Positions 30,796-39,737 of a stretch of 64,000 bases of DNA are shown here, piece after piece. Origin of the DNA: Polyangiales bacterium (lineage in GTDB: Bacteria > Myxococcota_A > Polyangia > Polyangiales > Polyangiaceae). Position numbers and translations under genes: made by a program. Position 1 is the first letter of the stretch. Each line of letters begins with the position of its first letter. Where the stretch lies: positions 1-64,000 of the forward strand of contig JBBRLQ010000025.1 in assembly GCA_038231275.1 (NCBI GenBank). The letters are read 5' to 3'. Under the pieces are notes generated by a model. That model was not told the DNA's origin. It saw nothing but the letters and a program-made list of their open reading frames with translations, and ran no database searches.

Positions 30796-33700
30796 ACCTT
30801 TCCTCGTATGCCATAGGGGACGAACGGATCCATCGGCAAGCCGCCGGGTCCACTGAGGTCGGCCATCGCGGTGACCTCGCGCGGGACGGGAGTGACGCCG
30901 TCGGCCAGGGTCAGTCCAACGTTGACGCCACGCAGCTCGCTGTCCGGCGGGGGCGTGCGGTAGATGATGTCGGGGCGGCGGGTTTCTCGATCGCCGCCAG
31001 GGGTCGGGATGACTTTCTCGTCCTTGACTCCCCCCCCCGCCACGATCTTGTTGCCGTCAGCCTCAAGCGCGATCGCCGTCTCTCGGATCTTCTTGTTGTG
31101 CGGGCTGTTGGGGTCCGTCTTGGGGCCGCGCTTCTTCGGGATGCTGCCGTCTTTGTTCCGCTTGGTCTTGCAGAGGCCGTACGGATCGCTCTCGTTCGTC
31201 GGCGAGCCGTCGAAGCCGCTCAGATTCTCGCCGCCCGCGATGCCCAAGGGGTCCGGCGAGATCCAGCGACCGTGTGCCGGATCGAAGTAGCGGTAGCGCG
31301 TGTACGCGAGGCCCGTCTCCTCGTCGTGGTACTGCCCGAGGAGGCGGAACGGCGAGCTCACGACCTTGGTGCCAGGACCCCGCCACTCTTCGACGACCGC
31401 GCCCCACGCCGAGTGCGCGGCGCTCCACGCCACGCGGCCGCTCGCGTCGAGCAGCTCCTTCGGCGTGCCGAGGTGGTCGTTCACGTACGTGAAGACCTCG
31501 CCCTGCTCCTCTTGCAAGAGCGGCACGAGCGAGCCGCGCGGGCCGTGCACGAAGACGCGCTTGCCCTTCTCCGTGTCGATCTCCTGCACGAGAGCGTCGC
31601 CGTCGTAGAGGAACGTGACCACGCGCACGCGCTCCGGCTCCGCTGACGGCAGCGCGCCGGGCTTCTCCGCCGGCACGAGCTCTTTGCGCACGCGACGGCC
31701 AAAGGCGTCGTACGTGTAGAGTGCACGCTTTCCGTCCGCGAATTCGACCTCGCGCAAGCGATCGCGGCAGTCCCAGAAGTACTTGGTGACCCTCCCGTCG
31801 GCGGATTTTTCGCTGACGCGGCGGCGGCGGACATCGTACTCGATGTCGCCCGCTTCCGTCTGGGCGAGGAGGTTGCCTTCCCCCACCGTCCAGGGCACCG
31901 CGCGGGCGGTGAGGCCCTCGACCGCGGCGCTCAGAGAGCCGGCGGCGTCGTAGTAGAAGACCTCATGGCGCTTGCCCCGCTGCGCTTCGATGAGCTGGCC
32001 GATCTCGTCGTAGCCGAAGCGCGTCGCGCCCCAGCGGGCGTCCTCGATGCCGGTCACGCGGCCGATGGCGTCGTACGACCACGCGCGCTCGCTCAAGGCG
32101 CCGTGCGCGACGCCGCCCTCGCGATGAGCGACCTTCGCGATGCGGCTCTCGAGGCGGCTCATCGCGTCGTAGGCCGAGAGCACCTCCACGGCGCGGCCGG
32201 ACGTCGTCTTCGTCTCTCGTCCGAGCGTGTCGCGCGTGATCGTCACCGCGTGGCCGTCGTGCGTGAGGCCGATGAGCGCGCCGCCGCGGTCGTAGCGGTA
32301 CGTCGTCGTCTCGCCGCCGGGCAGCTCGCGCTTGGCGAGGCGCCCATATGCGTCGTACGTCGACGACACCGCGAGGCCGTTCTGGATCTCCTTCACCGCG
32401 CGGCCGAAAGCGTCGCGCTCGAACTGGACGACCGTCTTCCCGTTGTGCTCGATCACCGCGGCGGCGAGGAGGCGCCCCAGCTTGTCGCGCCCGTATTTCT
32501 GCGGGCCGTGCGGGGTCTTCTCCTCGAGCACGTTCCCGAGCGGATCGTAGGTGAGCTCGCGGTAAGTCTCGTCGGGGAAGTCGACGCGGCGGAGGCGATC
32601 GGCCTTGTCGTAAGCGTACCGCAGCACGCGGCGATCGAAGGTGCGCTCCTCCACGACCCGCCCGCCGCGGTCGTACGTGAACTCGTACTCTTCTTTCTTG
32701 GGGTTCGTGACGGTGCGGAGGCGCTCCATCCCGTCGTACTCGAACGTCCACACCTGGCCGTTCGGCATCGTCTGGCGAACGAGGACGCCGGTGCCCGCGT
32801 ACTCCATCCGCGTGACGCGCCCCATGGGATCGGTCTGACGGACCACGTTGCCCATCGCGTCGTACGCGAACTGGAGGCGCGCGCCGTCGCAGCGTCGGAC
32901 GGCGACCGGCCGACCGAGCGCGTCGTACTCCGCGCGGCGCACGTGATCGAGCGCGTCCGTCTGCGAGACCGGACGACCCATGGCGTCGTACGTGTAGGTC
33001 GTGACCGCGCCGCGCGCGTCGGTCTCCTTCACGAGGTCGTGCTTCTCGTCGTACGACCACGAGCCGATCATCCCCTCGGACGCATAGAAGTAGACGACGT
33101 GGCCGGCGCCATCGTAGCCGAATTGGTACGTGAGCCCCGTCGCGTCGTGGACCTCGATCGGGAATCCTTGCGAGTTGTTCGTGAGCGACGTGACGAGGCC
33201 GTCGGCCGTGATGCGGCGCACCAGGAGATCGCCGCGGTACACCCAGGTGGTCTCGTTTCCCGCCGGATCCTTCAGCCTCACACGGTTGCCGCGCTCGTCG
33301 TAGGTCGTCTCCCACGTCTCCCCGGCGGCGTTCGTCTCGGTGAGGACGAGGCCGTCCTCGTCGTACGTGTACTCGGTGGCGAGATCGCCTTCGGGCGTCT
33401 CCTCGCGGAGGAGCGCGCCGTTCTTCCACGTGTAGACCTTGACCACCTCGCCGGCCGCGACGGTGGTGCCGGCGTCGAGATCGTAGGTCATCTGGACGTC
33501 GTGGATGCCGCCGTCGCCCCAGGTGTGCACGCAGCGGCCGGTCTCGTCGTCGTACGTGTAGTAAAAAGAGACGCCGTTCTCGAGCGTGCTCTTCACCAGG
33601 CGGTGGAGCGCGTCGTACGCGAAGTGCTGCGCGTGACCGAGCGCATCGGTCGCGCGGGCGAGCTCACCGTACTTCGTGTACGCGTACGCCATCGCCTGCT

Positions 33701-34415
33701 GCGCGGCCCCGTCCGCCCAAGCCTCGGCGCGCACGACGTGGCCCTTCGCGTCGTACGTGAGGCGGAGCTCGCGCGTGAAGGCGCGCACGGTGGAGAGACG
33801 GCCAGAGACGTAGACGAGCTCGACGGCGTTGCCCCACGTGTCCTTGATCTCGCGAAGCATCGACTTTCCGCCGCGATCGAGCGACTGGAAAACCTTGGTC
33901 GTGCGCGCCTCGAGGTCGAGCAGCTCGTAGCGCTCGTCGTGCGTGCGCGTGACCGAGAGGTGCTCGCCGCGGAGGAGCGCGGTGGCGCCGACCTCGACGT
34001 CGGGGAGGCCGAGGTTTCGCCCCTCGGGCAGGCGCAGGGTGAGCTCGCCTTCCAGGACCGCGATCCATTGATCCAGGGCGTGCGTCCAGCCACCGCGACC
34101 AAGCGGCGACGTCTCGTCGAAGAACGACGACCAGTAGCTGCGGCTCCAAATGACGGGAATCGGGCCCGGGAGAACGAGCTCCTCCGCCTCGTCGGTGACT
34201 TGTCCGGTGATGACCTCGACGGGGTGAGCGACCTTCCTCTCGTTCTTCCCCTTCTTCTTCCCTTTGCCCTTCTTGCCTTTCGCGCCAGAGCCGCCGCCGC
34301 CGGCTCCGACCGCCTTGTTGTTGGTCGCACCCGGCCCCTTCCCCGAGGCCGTGTTCGCGCCGCCCGTCGACGCGAGCGTGGCGGTCATGTTGCCTTTGCC
34401 GGTCTTCGGCGGCAT
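30792..34415 (-). CDS. Rhs/YD-repeat polymorphic toxin (DUF6531-like, RHS core, C-terminal toxin)
   Basis: HPVEVITG, many YDxxGR repeats, PFRLLGQYHDEETGLAYTRYRYFDP..GRWISPDPLG, DPYGL cleavage motif then a variable tip. Confidence 0.95.
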   Translation of the reverse strand: MPPKTGKGNMTATLASTGGANTASGKGPGATNNKAVGAGGGGSGAKGKKGKGKKKGKNERKVAHPVEVITGQVTDEAEELVLPGPIPVIWSRSYWSSFFDETSPLGRGGWTHALDQWIAVLEGELTLRLPEGRNLGLPDVEVGATALLRGEHLSVTRTHDERYELLDLEARTTKVFQSLDRGGKSMLREIKDTWGNAVELVYVSGRLSTVRAFTRELRLTYDAKGHVVRAEAWADGAAQQAMAYAYTKYGELARATDALGHAQHFAYDALHRLVKSTLENGVSFYYTYDDETGRCVHTWGDGGIHDVQMTYDLDAGTTVAAGEVVKVYTWKNGALLREETPEGDLATEYTYDEDGLVLTETNAAGETWETTYDERGNRVRLKDPAGNETTWVYRGDLLVRRITADGLVTSLTNNSQGFPIEVHDATGLTYQFGYDGAGHVVYFYASEGMIGSWSYDEKHDLVKETDARGAVTTYTYDAMGRPVSQTDALDHVRRAEYDALGRPVAVRRCDGARLQFAYDAMGNVVRQTDPMGRVTRMEYAGTGVLVRQTMPNGQVWTFEYDGMERLRTVTNPKKEEYEFTYDRGGRVVEERTFDRRVLRYAYDKADRLRRVDFPDETYRELTYDPLGNVLEEKTPHGPQKYGRDKLGRLLAAAVIEHNGKTVVQFERDAFGRAVKEIQNGLAVSSTYDAYGRLAKRELPGGETTTYRYDRGGALIGLTHDGHAVTITRDTLGRETKTTSGRAVEVLSAYDAMSRLESRIAKVAHREGGVAHGALSERAWSYDAIGRVTGIEDARWGATRFGYDEIGQLIEAQRGKRHEVFYYDAAGSLSAAVEGLTARAVPWTVGEGNLLAQTEAGDIEYDVRRRRVSEKSADGRVTKYFWDCRDRLREVEFADGKRALYTYDAFGRRVRKELVPAEKPGALPSAEPERVRVVTFLYDGDALVQEIDTEKGKRVFVHGPRGSLVPLLQEEQGEVFTYVNDHLGTPKELLDASGRVAWSAAHSAWGAVVEEWRGPGTKVVSSPFRLLGQYHDEETGLAYTRYRYFDPAHGRWISPDPLGIAGGENLSGFDGSPTNESDPYGLCKTKRNKDGSIPKKRGPKTDPNSPHNKKIRETAIALEADGNKIVAGGGVKDEKVIPTPGGDRETRRPDIIYRTPPPDSELRGVNVGLTLADGVTPVPREVTAMADLSGPGGLPMDPFVPYGIRGKV

Positions 34416-34733
34416 CTACATCATCCCGATCTTCTGGTTGACGACCAAGGTGACGAGATCGTGCATGGGCGCCGGGTTCGACGGCGCGTTGCCGGGCGAC
34501 GGCATCACGTCCACGACGCTCTGATCGGTGACCGCCTCACCTCCGCCGACGATGACCTTGGACGCCGTCGAGGAGCCCGACGACGACTGCGCCATGTACG
34601 GAAAGGGCGCCGGGACGCCGATCGGCGTGGCCGGCGTCATCGGCGGGATGTTGCTGACCGCGGGGGGGCCAACGTACTGGTGGCTCGACGTCGTCGAAAT
34701 CGCGGTCTTGTTCTTGATGACGGTCATCCCCAT
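34416..34733 (-). CDS. PAAR-like (DUF4150-type) domain, in frame with Rhs but separated by TAG; appears C-terminally incomplete
   Basis: GVPAPFPYMAQS..SKVIVGG pattern; TGATG overlap with upstream gene; TAG at 34418-34416 directly followed by Rhs ATG. Confidence 0.65.
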   Translation of the reverse strand: MGMTVIKNKTAISTTSSHQYVGPPAVSNIPPMTPATPIGVPAPFPYMAQSSSGSSTASKVIVGGGEAVTDQSVVDVMPSPGNAPSNPAPMHDLVTLVVNQKIGMM

Positions 34734-35215
34734 CACGGAAGCTCCACGCGCGCCGAAAGAATTCGGAGCAGCGCCGCGACGTCCATCACCATCCGCCGAC
34801 CTTCGAGGCGCACCGCGCCGTGCTTGTCGAGCTTGAGCATGCTCTTGCCGACTTGGATCTGCACCTCTTCGCTCGCGCGAATGCGGATCGTCTTGCCCTT
34901 GAGATCGAGCGAATCCTCTTCGCCGCCGGGAAGCTCGCGCGGGGCATGCAAGGCGCCCATGATCTCCGGGCCGCGCGGCGTGTCCATCAGCAGCATTTTC
35001 TGTCCGGTGCGCATGCACTTCTCGACGAAGCGCGGCGAGAGACCCTTCTCGACGCGCGCCCGCACGTGGCCGCCGGCGGCGAGGGCGACGCGGTACGTCC
35101 CGTCTGCGACGAGCTCCACCGTGCCCGCATGCATGCCAGGGCCTAGCGATTTTTTGACCGCGACCCGCCTGCTCTCCGGTGCCTCTGCGCGCTTGCCCAT
35201 GGACTTCTCCTTCAT
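34733..35215 (-). CDS. DUF6484-like T6SS-associated small spike-like protein
   Basis: PEIMGAL then LKGKTIRIRASEEVQIQVGKSMLKLDKHGAVRLEG beta-helix-like tail; ATGA overlap with vgrG. Confidence 0.6.
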   Translation of the reverse strand: MKEKSMGKRAEAPESRRVAVKKSLGPGMHAGTVELVADGTYRVALAAGGHVRARVEKGLSPRFVEKCMRTGQKMLLMDTPRGPEIMGALHAPRELPGGEEDSLDLKGKTIRIRASEEVQIQVGKSMLKLDKHGAVRLEGRRMVMDVAALLRILSARVELP

Positions 35216-37395
35216 GCGTACGTCTCGTCGCCGTCGTCGACGGCGCCTACCGATCCGTCGTATTTCCCGTCGATTTTCACGCTGCTGCTGGTGATGGTGA
35301 TGGTGAGGCCGTCCGCCTTCACCGTGATCTTGTCGGACGCGACGACGATGACGTCCGCTCCCTTGATCTTCGCCGCGCCGCTGATCTCGATCGTGGACGA
35401 CGCTTCGCAGACGTCGACGATCTTGCTGCCGCCGGTCGCCTTGCGCGAGGCGAGCGTCTGGCGGAGGTTGCCCTTCACCGTGAGCGCGTAGTCCTTCTTC
35501 GTCTTGACCGACTTGGGGCCGCCGATGGTCTCGTTGTTGACGCCGCCGACGGAGACCCCCGCGTGCTTGCCGGCGATGCACGCCCACGTGCCGCCGACGA
35601 CGATGGTCGACGCGCCGGTGACCGCGCGCGTCTGGTGCTCGATCGCCGACTCGATCTTGGCGCCGCCGATCGTGCGCGACAACGTGGCGCACTGGATGCT
35701 GGAGTCGCCGCCAACCTTGAAGATGCGGGCCGCTCCGATCGTGATCGACTCCGCGGCAGCGCTCACGTTCATGTTCGCGCTGACGGTGAGGTCGCGGCTC
35801 GCGCCGACGGTGTGCGTCTGGCTTCCAACGACCGTGAGCACGTGCGCCTTGCCGACGATGTGCGTGCGGTTCACGCCGACCTGATCGACCTCGTTGCCCT
35901 TGATCTGGACGAGCTTGTCGTTCTCGGTCTTCTCGTTGAGATCGTACGACGCGACGACGTCGAACGCCTCGGAGCCGGCGGCGTCGTCCATGCGGATCAT
36001 GTTCTTGGTGCCGCCGCCGGGAGTCGTCAGCGAACCGAAGCCGCTCATCGTCTTGCTCTTCGGCAAGCCTTCGGGCGGCACGGCGACGCCGTTGGGGAGG
36101 CGGCCGAGGACGACGGGCGCGTCGGCGGAAGTTCCGACAAAGCCGAGCAGCACCTCCCACCCGACGCGCGGGAGCATGAAGCCGCCGGAGGTCGGAGGCT
36201 GGAGCGTGCGGACCCAAGTGGAGCTCTTGTCGTCCTTCTTTCCGAGGCGATCCCATCGGAGCTGCGCTTTGACGCGCGCGTACTGATCGGTGTGGAGATC
36301 TTGCGACGGCGGTCCGGTGGTGATCGCGTTCTCGACGCCTTCCATGCGCGGCGGCGCGATGCGGTCGGGGCGGTACGGCGTCGCCTTGGGGATCGCGACG
36401 AAGCGCGCGGTGTACGGGCGCCGGGCGTGCTCGGCGTCGTCCTCGTCGCGGGCGTCGAGCGTGTCGTGCCCTTCATGCGCGACCTGGAGGACGAGCCAAT
36501 CGCCCTCCACCGCGCCCGAGAGCGAGACGATCGAGCCGGCGGAGACATCCCGCGCAGTGGTCTCGCCGGTAAGGACGCGCTCCCTGGCGCGAAGCTCCTC
36601 GAGGCGCAGCTTGGCGCGGGTGCGACCCTCGGTGGGCGTGGCGAAGCGGCCGGGGTAGTCGTACGCCTCGAGATCGCCCGAGCCGGACGACGCGCGCAGC
36701 TCGACGAGCGGCGTCTCGAAGTTGTAGTCGCCGAGCGTGACCTTGTCGGGGACGACGCGGTTCGCGACGGTTGCACCATGCACGGATCTCTCGCCGACGA
36801 GGCCACCCGATTCGGCGACGTCCATGCCGGTGGCGACGACCGTGTAACCGTTGGCGTCGTCGGTGGCGACGACCACGTCCTCTTCGTCGGGCGACACGAA
36901 CCATGCGACGCCCTCGTCGGCGAGGATGCGCGAGACGAAGGAGAGATCGCTCTCGAACGCCTGCACGCACTGCGCGAGCTTGGGCAGCGTGCGCGTGACC
37001 TTCGCGTCGAGGCGGATCTGGTGCTCTTGGAGGACCTCGGTCGCGATCGCCACCGCGTCCTTCTCGAGGAAGACCTTGTGATCCACGCAATCGGCGAGCA
37101 GCGCCACGCGCGGGACGACGACGATCTCGTAGTCGACGGCGTCGCGCGAGACCTCCTCCACGACGCCGTCGATCGTGCGCGAGTCCATGCCCGATGACCA
37201 CGTGAGGTGCGCCTTCTTCGTGATGAGGTCCTCGAGCTTGAGGTCGGCCGGCTCGCCGCCCGTGAACGCGCGCGCGATGACGACGTGACGCGACGGCGCG
37301 TGCACGCGCTCCATCCCCTGGAGTCGCGAGATTTTCCAAGAGACCGCCTCGGTCCCTTCGATCTCGAGCGTGAAGAGGACGACGGGGCCGCTCAT
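35212..37395 (-). CDS. vgrG: Type VI secretion spike protein VgrG (copy 2)
   Basis: CVQAFESDLSFVSRIL, HTDQYARVKAQLRWDR, LPRVGWEVL, gp5-like beta-helix; ATG 37395 overlaps upstream stop. Confidence 0.92.
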   Translation of the reverse strand: MSGPVVLFTLEIEGTEAVSWKISRLQGMERVHAPSRHVVIARAFTGGEPADLKLEDLITKKAHLTWSSGMDSRTIDGVVEEVSRDAVDYEIVVVPRVALLADCVDHKVFLEKDAVAIATEVLQEHQIRLDAKVTRTLPKLAQCVQAFESDLSFVSRILADEGVAWFVSPDEEDVVVATDDANGYTVVATGMDVAESGGLVGERSVHGATVANRVVPDKVTLGDYNFETPLVELRASSGSGDLEAYDYPGRFATPTEGRTRAKLRLEELRARERVLTGETTARDVSAGSIVSLSGAVEGDWLVLQVAHEGHDTLDARDEDDAEHARRPYTARFVAIPKATPYRPDRIAPPRMEGVENAITTGPPSQDLHTDQYARVKAQLRWDRLGKKDDKSSTWVRTLQPPTSGGFMLPRVGWEVLLGFVGTSADAPVVLGRLPNGVAVPPEGLPKSKTMSGFGSLTTPGGGTKNMIRMDDAAGSEAFDVVASYDLNEKTENDKLVQIKGNEVDQVGVNRTHIVGKAHVLTVVGSQTHTVGASRDLTVSANMNVSAAAESITIGAARIFKVGGDSSIQCATLSRTIGGAKIESAIEHQTRAVTGASTIVVGGTWACIAGKHAGVSVGGVNNETIGGPKSVKTKKDYALTVKGNLRQTLASRKATGGSKIVDVCEASSTIEISGAAKIKGADVIVVASDKITVKADGLTITITSSSVKIDGKYDGSVGAVDDGDETYA

Positions 37396-39557
37396 TCGAT
37401 CTTCGTCTCCCCCTGGCGCTTGATGGTGCCCTTGACCTTCGTGGTCCCCTTCGTCGCCTTGAACGTGGAGCCGGCGAGGGACAGCGCTCCGGCGGTGAGC
37501 GAGCCGGAGACCTCGAAGGTCACCTCGGTTGCCTTGAAGACCACCGGACCGCTCGCCGACATGTCCAAGCTCGCCGCCGTGAGGGACGACGCGCCAGTGG
37601 ATTTCGTCACGAGGTCCTGCGCCGCCTTGTCGCTCGTCGCGCCGGCGGTGATCGTCTTGGCGCCGGTCACGTTCTCCACGTAGCCGGTCGTCGCGATGAC
37701 GCGGGCGCCGCCGACCTGCTCGGTGCGCATCGCCGCGACGTTCTCGCCGACGCTCATTCCGCCCGCGATGCTCATCGAGCCGCCAACCGCCTGGGAAAAT
37801 GCGCCTTTCACGGTGGTGTTGGCCTGATTGCACTCGAGGCCGTGCAGCGCGCCGACCGTCTCGGTGTACGACGACTTCGACACGACGCTGAGGTTGCCGG
37901 TGACGTCGATGCGCTCCATCGCGCCGATCGACTCGGTGCGCGAGCCTTGCACGGTGAGGACGTGCTCGGTGCCGACGGCGATCTTCTGCTTGGCGCCGAC
38001 CAGGTGCTTGTGTGAGCCCTTTACGCCGACCGAGTGCGACAGGCCGACGTCGTAGATCTCGTCGTTGCCGATCTTGGTCGTCGAGTTGCCGCCGACCTGG
38101 ACCGTCTGATCCTTGCTCGCGTGGACGAAGACCTCCTGCTTGCCGCCGGAGTCGTCCATGCGGATCTCGTTCGTGCTGCCGCCGCCAGGCGACGTCGCGG
38201 ATTGGAGCGTCGTCTTCATCGCGGCGGCGGGGAGGCCGTAGGGGACGACCGCCTTCGCGTTGTACGAGCGGCCGAGGACGATCGGGACGTCGGGGTTGCC
38301 GTACGCGAAGGCGACGGGGACCTCCCAGCCGACGCGCGGGAGGAGCATCGATCCGCCCATGCCGATTTGCAGGCAGCGCACCCACGCCGAGGAGTGATCG
38401 TCGGCGACGCCCGAGCGATCCCAGGGCATTCGAATTTTCACGCGGCCGAGATCGTCGACGTGGATCTCTTCGCCGGCCGGGCCGGTGGTGACGGCGGGCT
38501 CGAGCTCGGAGAAGCGAGGCGAGCGCGGCGCCGCGGGGCGATACGTCTGCGTGTCGAGCGGTACCATGACGACGCGCGACTCGTAGGGGTGCGGGCGCGG
38601 GTCGCCGGGGATCGGCTTTTGGTAGTCGTGATCGACCGACACGACGAGGAGCTTTCCGTCGGCGTCGGAGTCGGAGCAGCCCTCGATCTCGATCCAGAAC
38701 CCCGCGCGTGGGCGCAGCGTGTCGCCCTGGCCGATGAGGCGGTGCTCGTCACGACGGAGCTGCTCGAGGCGAACCTTCGCGCGCTTCTTCGCCGCGCCTT
38801 CGTCGAGCACGTTGGCCGGGAACTCGAAGACCTCGAGGTCTCCGGTCCCCGATTTCCCTTCGATGAGCACAGTGGGCTGGCGAACGTCGAACTCGCGCAG
38901 GTGCGTCGCGGTGCTGGTCACTTCGCGCGTCGATTCGAGATCGAAGAACGTCGCCGCGCCGCTCATGCCCGTCGCGCCGCGGTAGCGGATGGGGCCGCCC
39001 TCGATGCCGTCGTGCGAGCCGGGAGCGTCGGCGAGGACCAAGACCGGGCCGTCGTCGGTCGTGTCCCAGTAGTAGGCGATGCCCTCGTCGGCGAGAAGGC
39101 GCTCGATGAACGTCCACTCGAGCTCGTTCATCTGCACGCACTGGAGGCGCTTCATGTATGCGCCCGTGAGGCGCCACTTGAGCGGTACGTGCGCACCGGC
39201 CGCGAGCTCGTCGACGATTTCGCGGGTCGTCTTTTCGACCCAGACTCGGCTCGCGCTGCGCTTCGAGAAGAGCCAGCCCGGGGGCATCAGCGTGAGGGTG
39301 TAGCGATGGCCACGAGGCTGCGACCCTTGCGCCTCGATGTCGGCGATGACGAGCGCAAGGCTCCGGCCGCTCCCCTCCTCGTCATCGGCGAGGCGAAGCG
39401 TCGCACCCTTGCGGACCAAATCGGCCTCGGTGGCCGGCTCTGGCAGCATGATCTCCGCAAAAAGCGGCGTCAGCGCGTTCATCGCCTCCCGACCGCGGAG
39501 GGCGACGACGTCGACGACACCGATCCCGGCGGTTTCGACGCTCACGACATGGGTCAC
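37392..39557 (-). CDS. vgrG: Type VI secretion spike protein VgrG (copy 1)
   Basis: FIERLLADEGIAYY, GEEIHVDDLGRVKIRMPWDR, LPRVGWEV, NEIRMDD. Confidence 0.93.
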   Translation of the reverse strand: MTHVVSVETAGIGVVDVVALRGREAMNALTPLFAEIMLPEPATEADLVRKGATLRLADDEEGSGRSLALVIADIEAQGSQPRGHRYTLTLMPPGWLFSKRSASRVWVEKTTREIVDELAAGAHVPLKWRLTGAYMKRLQCVQMNELEWTFIERLLADEGIAYYWDTTDDGPVLVLADAPGSHDGIEGGPIRYRGATGMSGAATFFDLESTREVTSTATHLREFDVRQPTVLIEGKSGTGDLEVFEFPANVLDEGAAKKRAKVRLEQLRRDEHRLIGQGDTLRPRAGFWIEIEGCSDSDADGKLLVVSVDHDYQKPIPGDPRPHPYESRVVMVPLDTQTYRPAAPRSPRFSELEPAVTTGPAGEEIHVDDLGRVKIRMPWDRSGVADDHSSAWVRCLQIGMGGSMLLPRVGWEVPVAFAYGNPDVPIVLGRSYNAKAVVPYGLPAAAMKTTLQSATSPGGGSTNEIRMDDSGGKQEVFVHASKDQTVQVGGNSTTKIGNDEIYDVGLSHSVGVKGSHKHLVGAKQKIAVGTEHVLTVQGSRTESIGAMERIDVTGNLSVVSKSSYTETVGALHGLECNQANTTVKGAFSQAVGGSMSIAGGMSVGENVAAMRTEQVGGARVIATTGYVENVTGAKTITAGATSDKAAQDLVTKSTGASSLTAASLDMSASGPVVFKATEVTFEVSGSLTAGALSLAGSTFKATKGTTKVKGTIKRQGETKIE

Positions 39558-39606
39558 GGCACCTCCACGAGACTCTTCAACCTAACCCGACCTGGAAAGA
39601 CCCCAA

Positions 39607-39624
39607 GTCGTCCATTTGGACGAC
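39607..39624. promoter_or_regulatory. Perfect dyad in the divergent vgrG intergenic region (candidate operator)
   Basis: GTCGTCCA-TT-TGGACGAC. Confidence 0.4.
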
Positions 39625-39737
39625 AAGCGCGCCCCCCATCGCAGGCCTACGACGAAGGGGATGATATGGCATCATGACGCCGGGAGCACACGCAGCAGAA
39701 GAATGAGACGCCAGACACACGAGAAGTCGGCGGCCTG

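Noticed and set aside
34416..34418. Pyrrolysine or genome-wide TAG recoding
   Set aside because: TAG ends many ordinary genes here (1052, 1860, 6170, 7231) and no pyl genes are visible
31965..35294. 1109-aa plus-strand ORF and similar long antisense ORFs (39672..42275, 59079..61688, 16705..18360, 62203..63870)
   Set aside because: Shadows of real high-GC genes on the opposite strand; no recognisable motifs
39666..39737. Upstream in-frame ATG GCA TCA TGA before vgrG3 as a readthrough/selenocysteine extension
   Set aside because: Extension has no VgrG-like sequence and no SECIS-like evidence; likely chance
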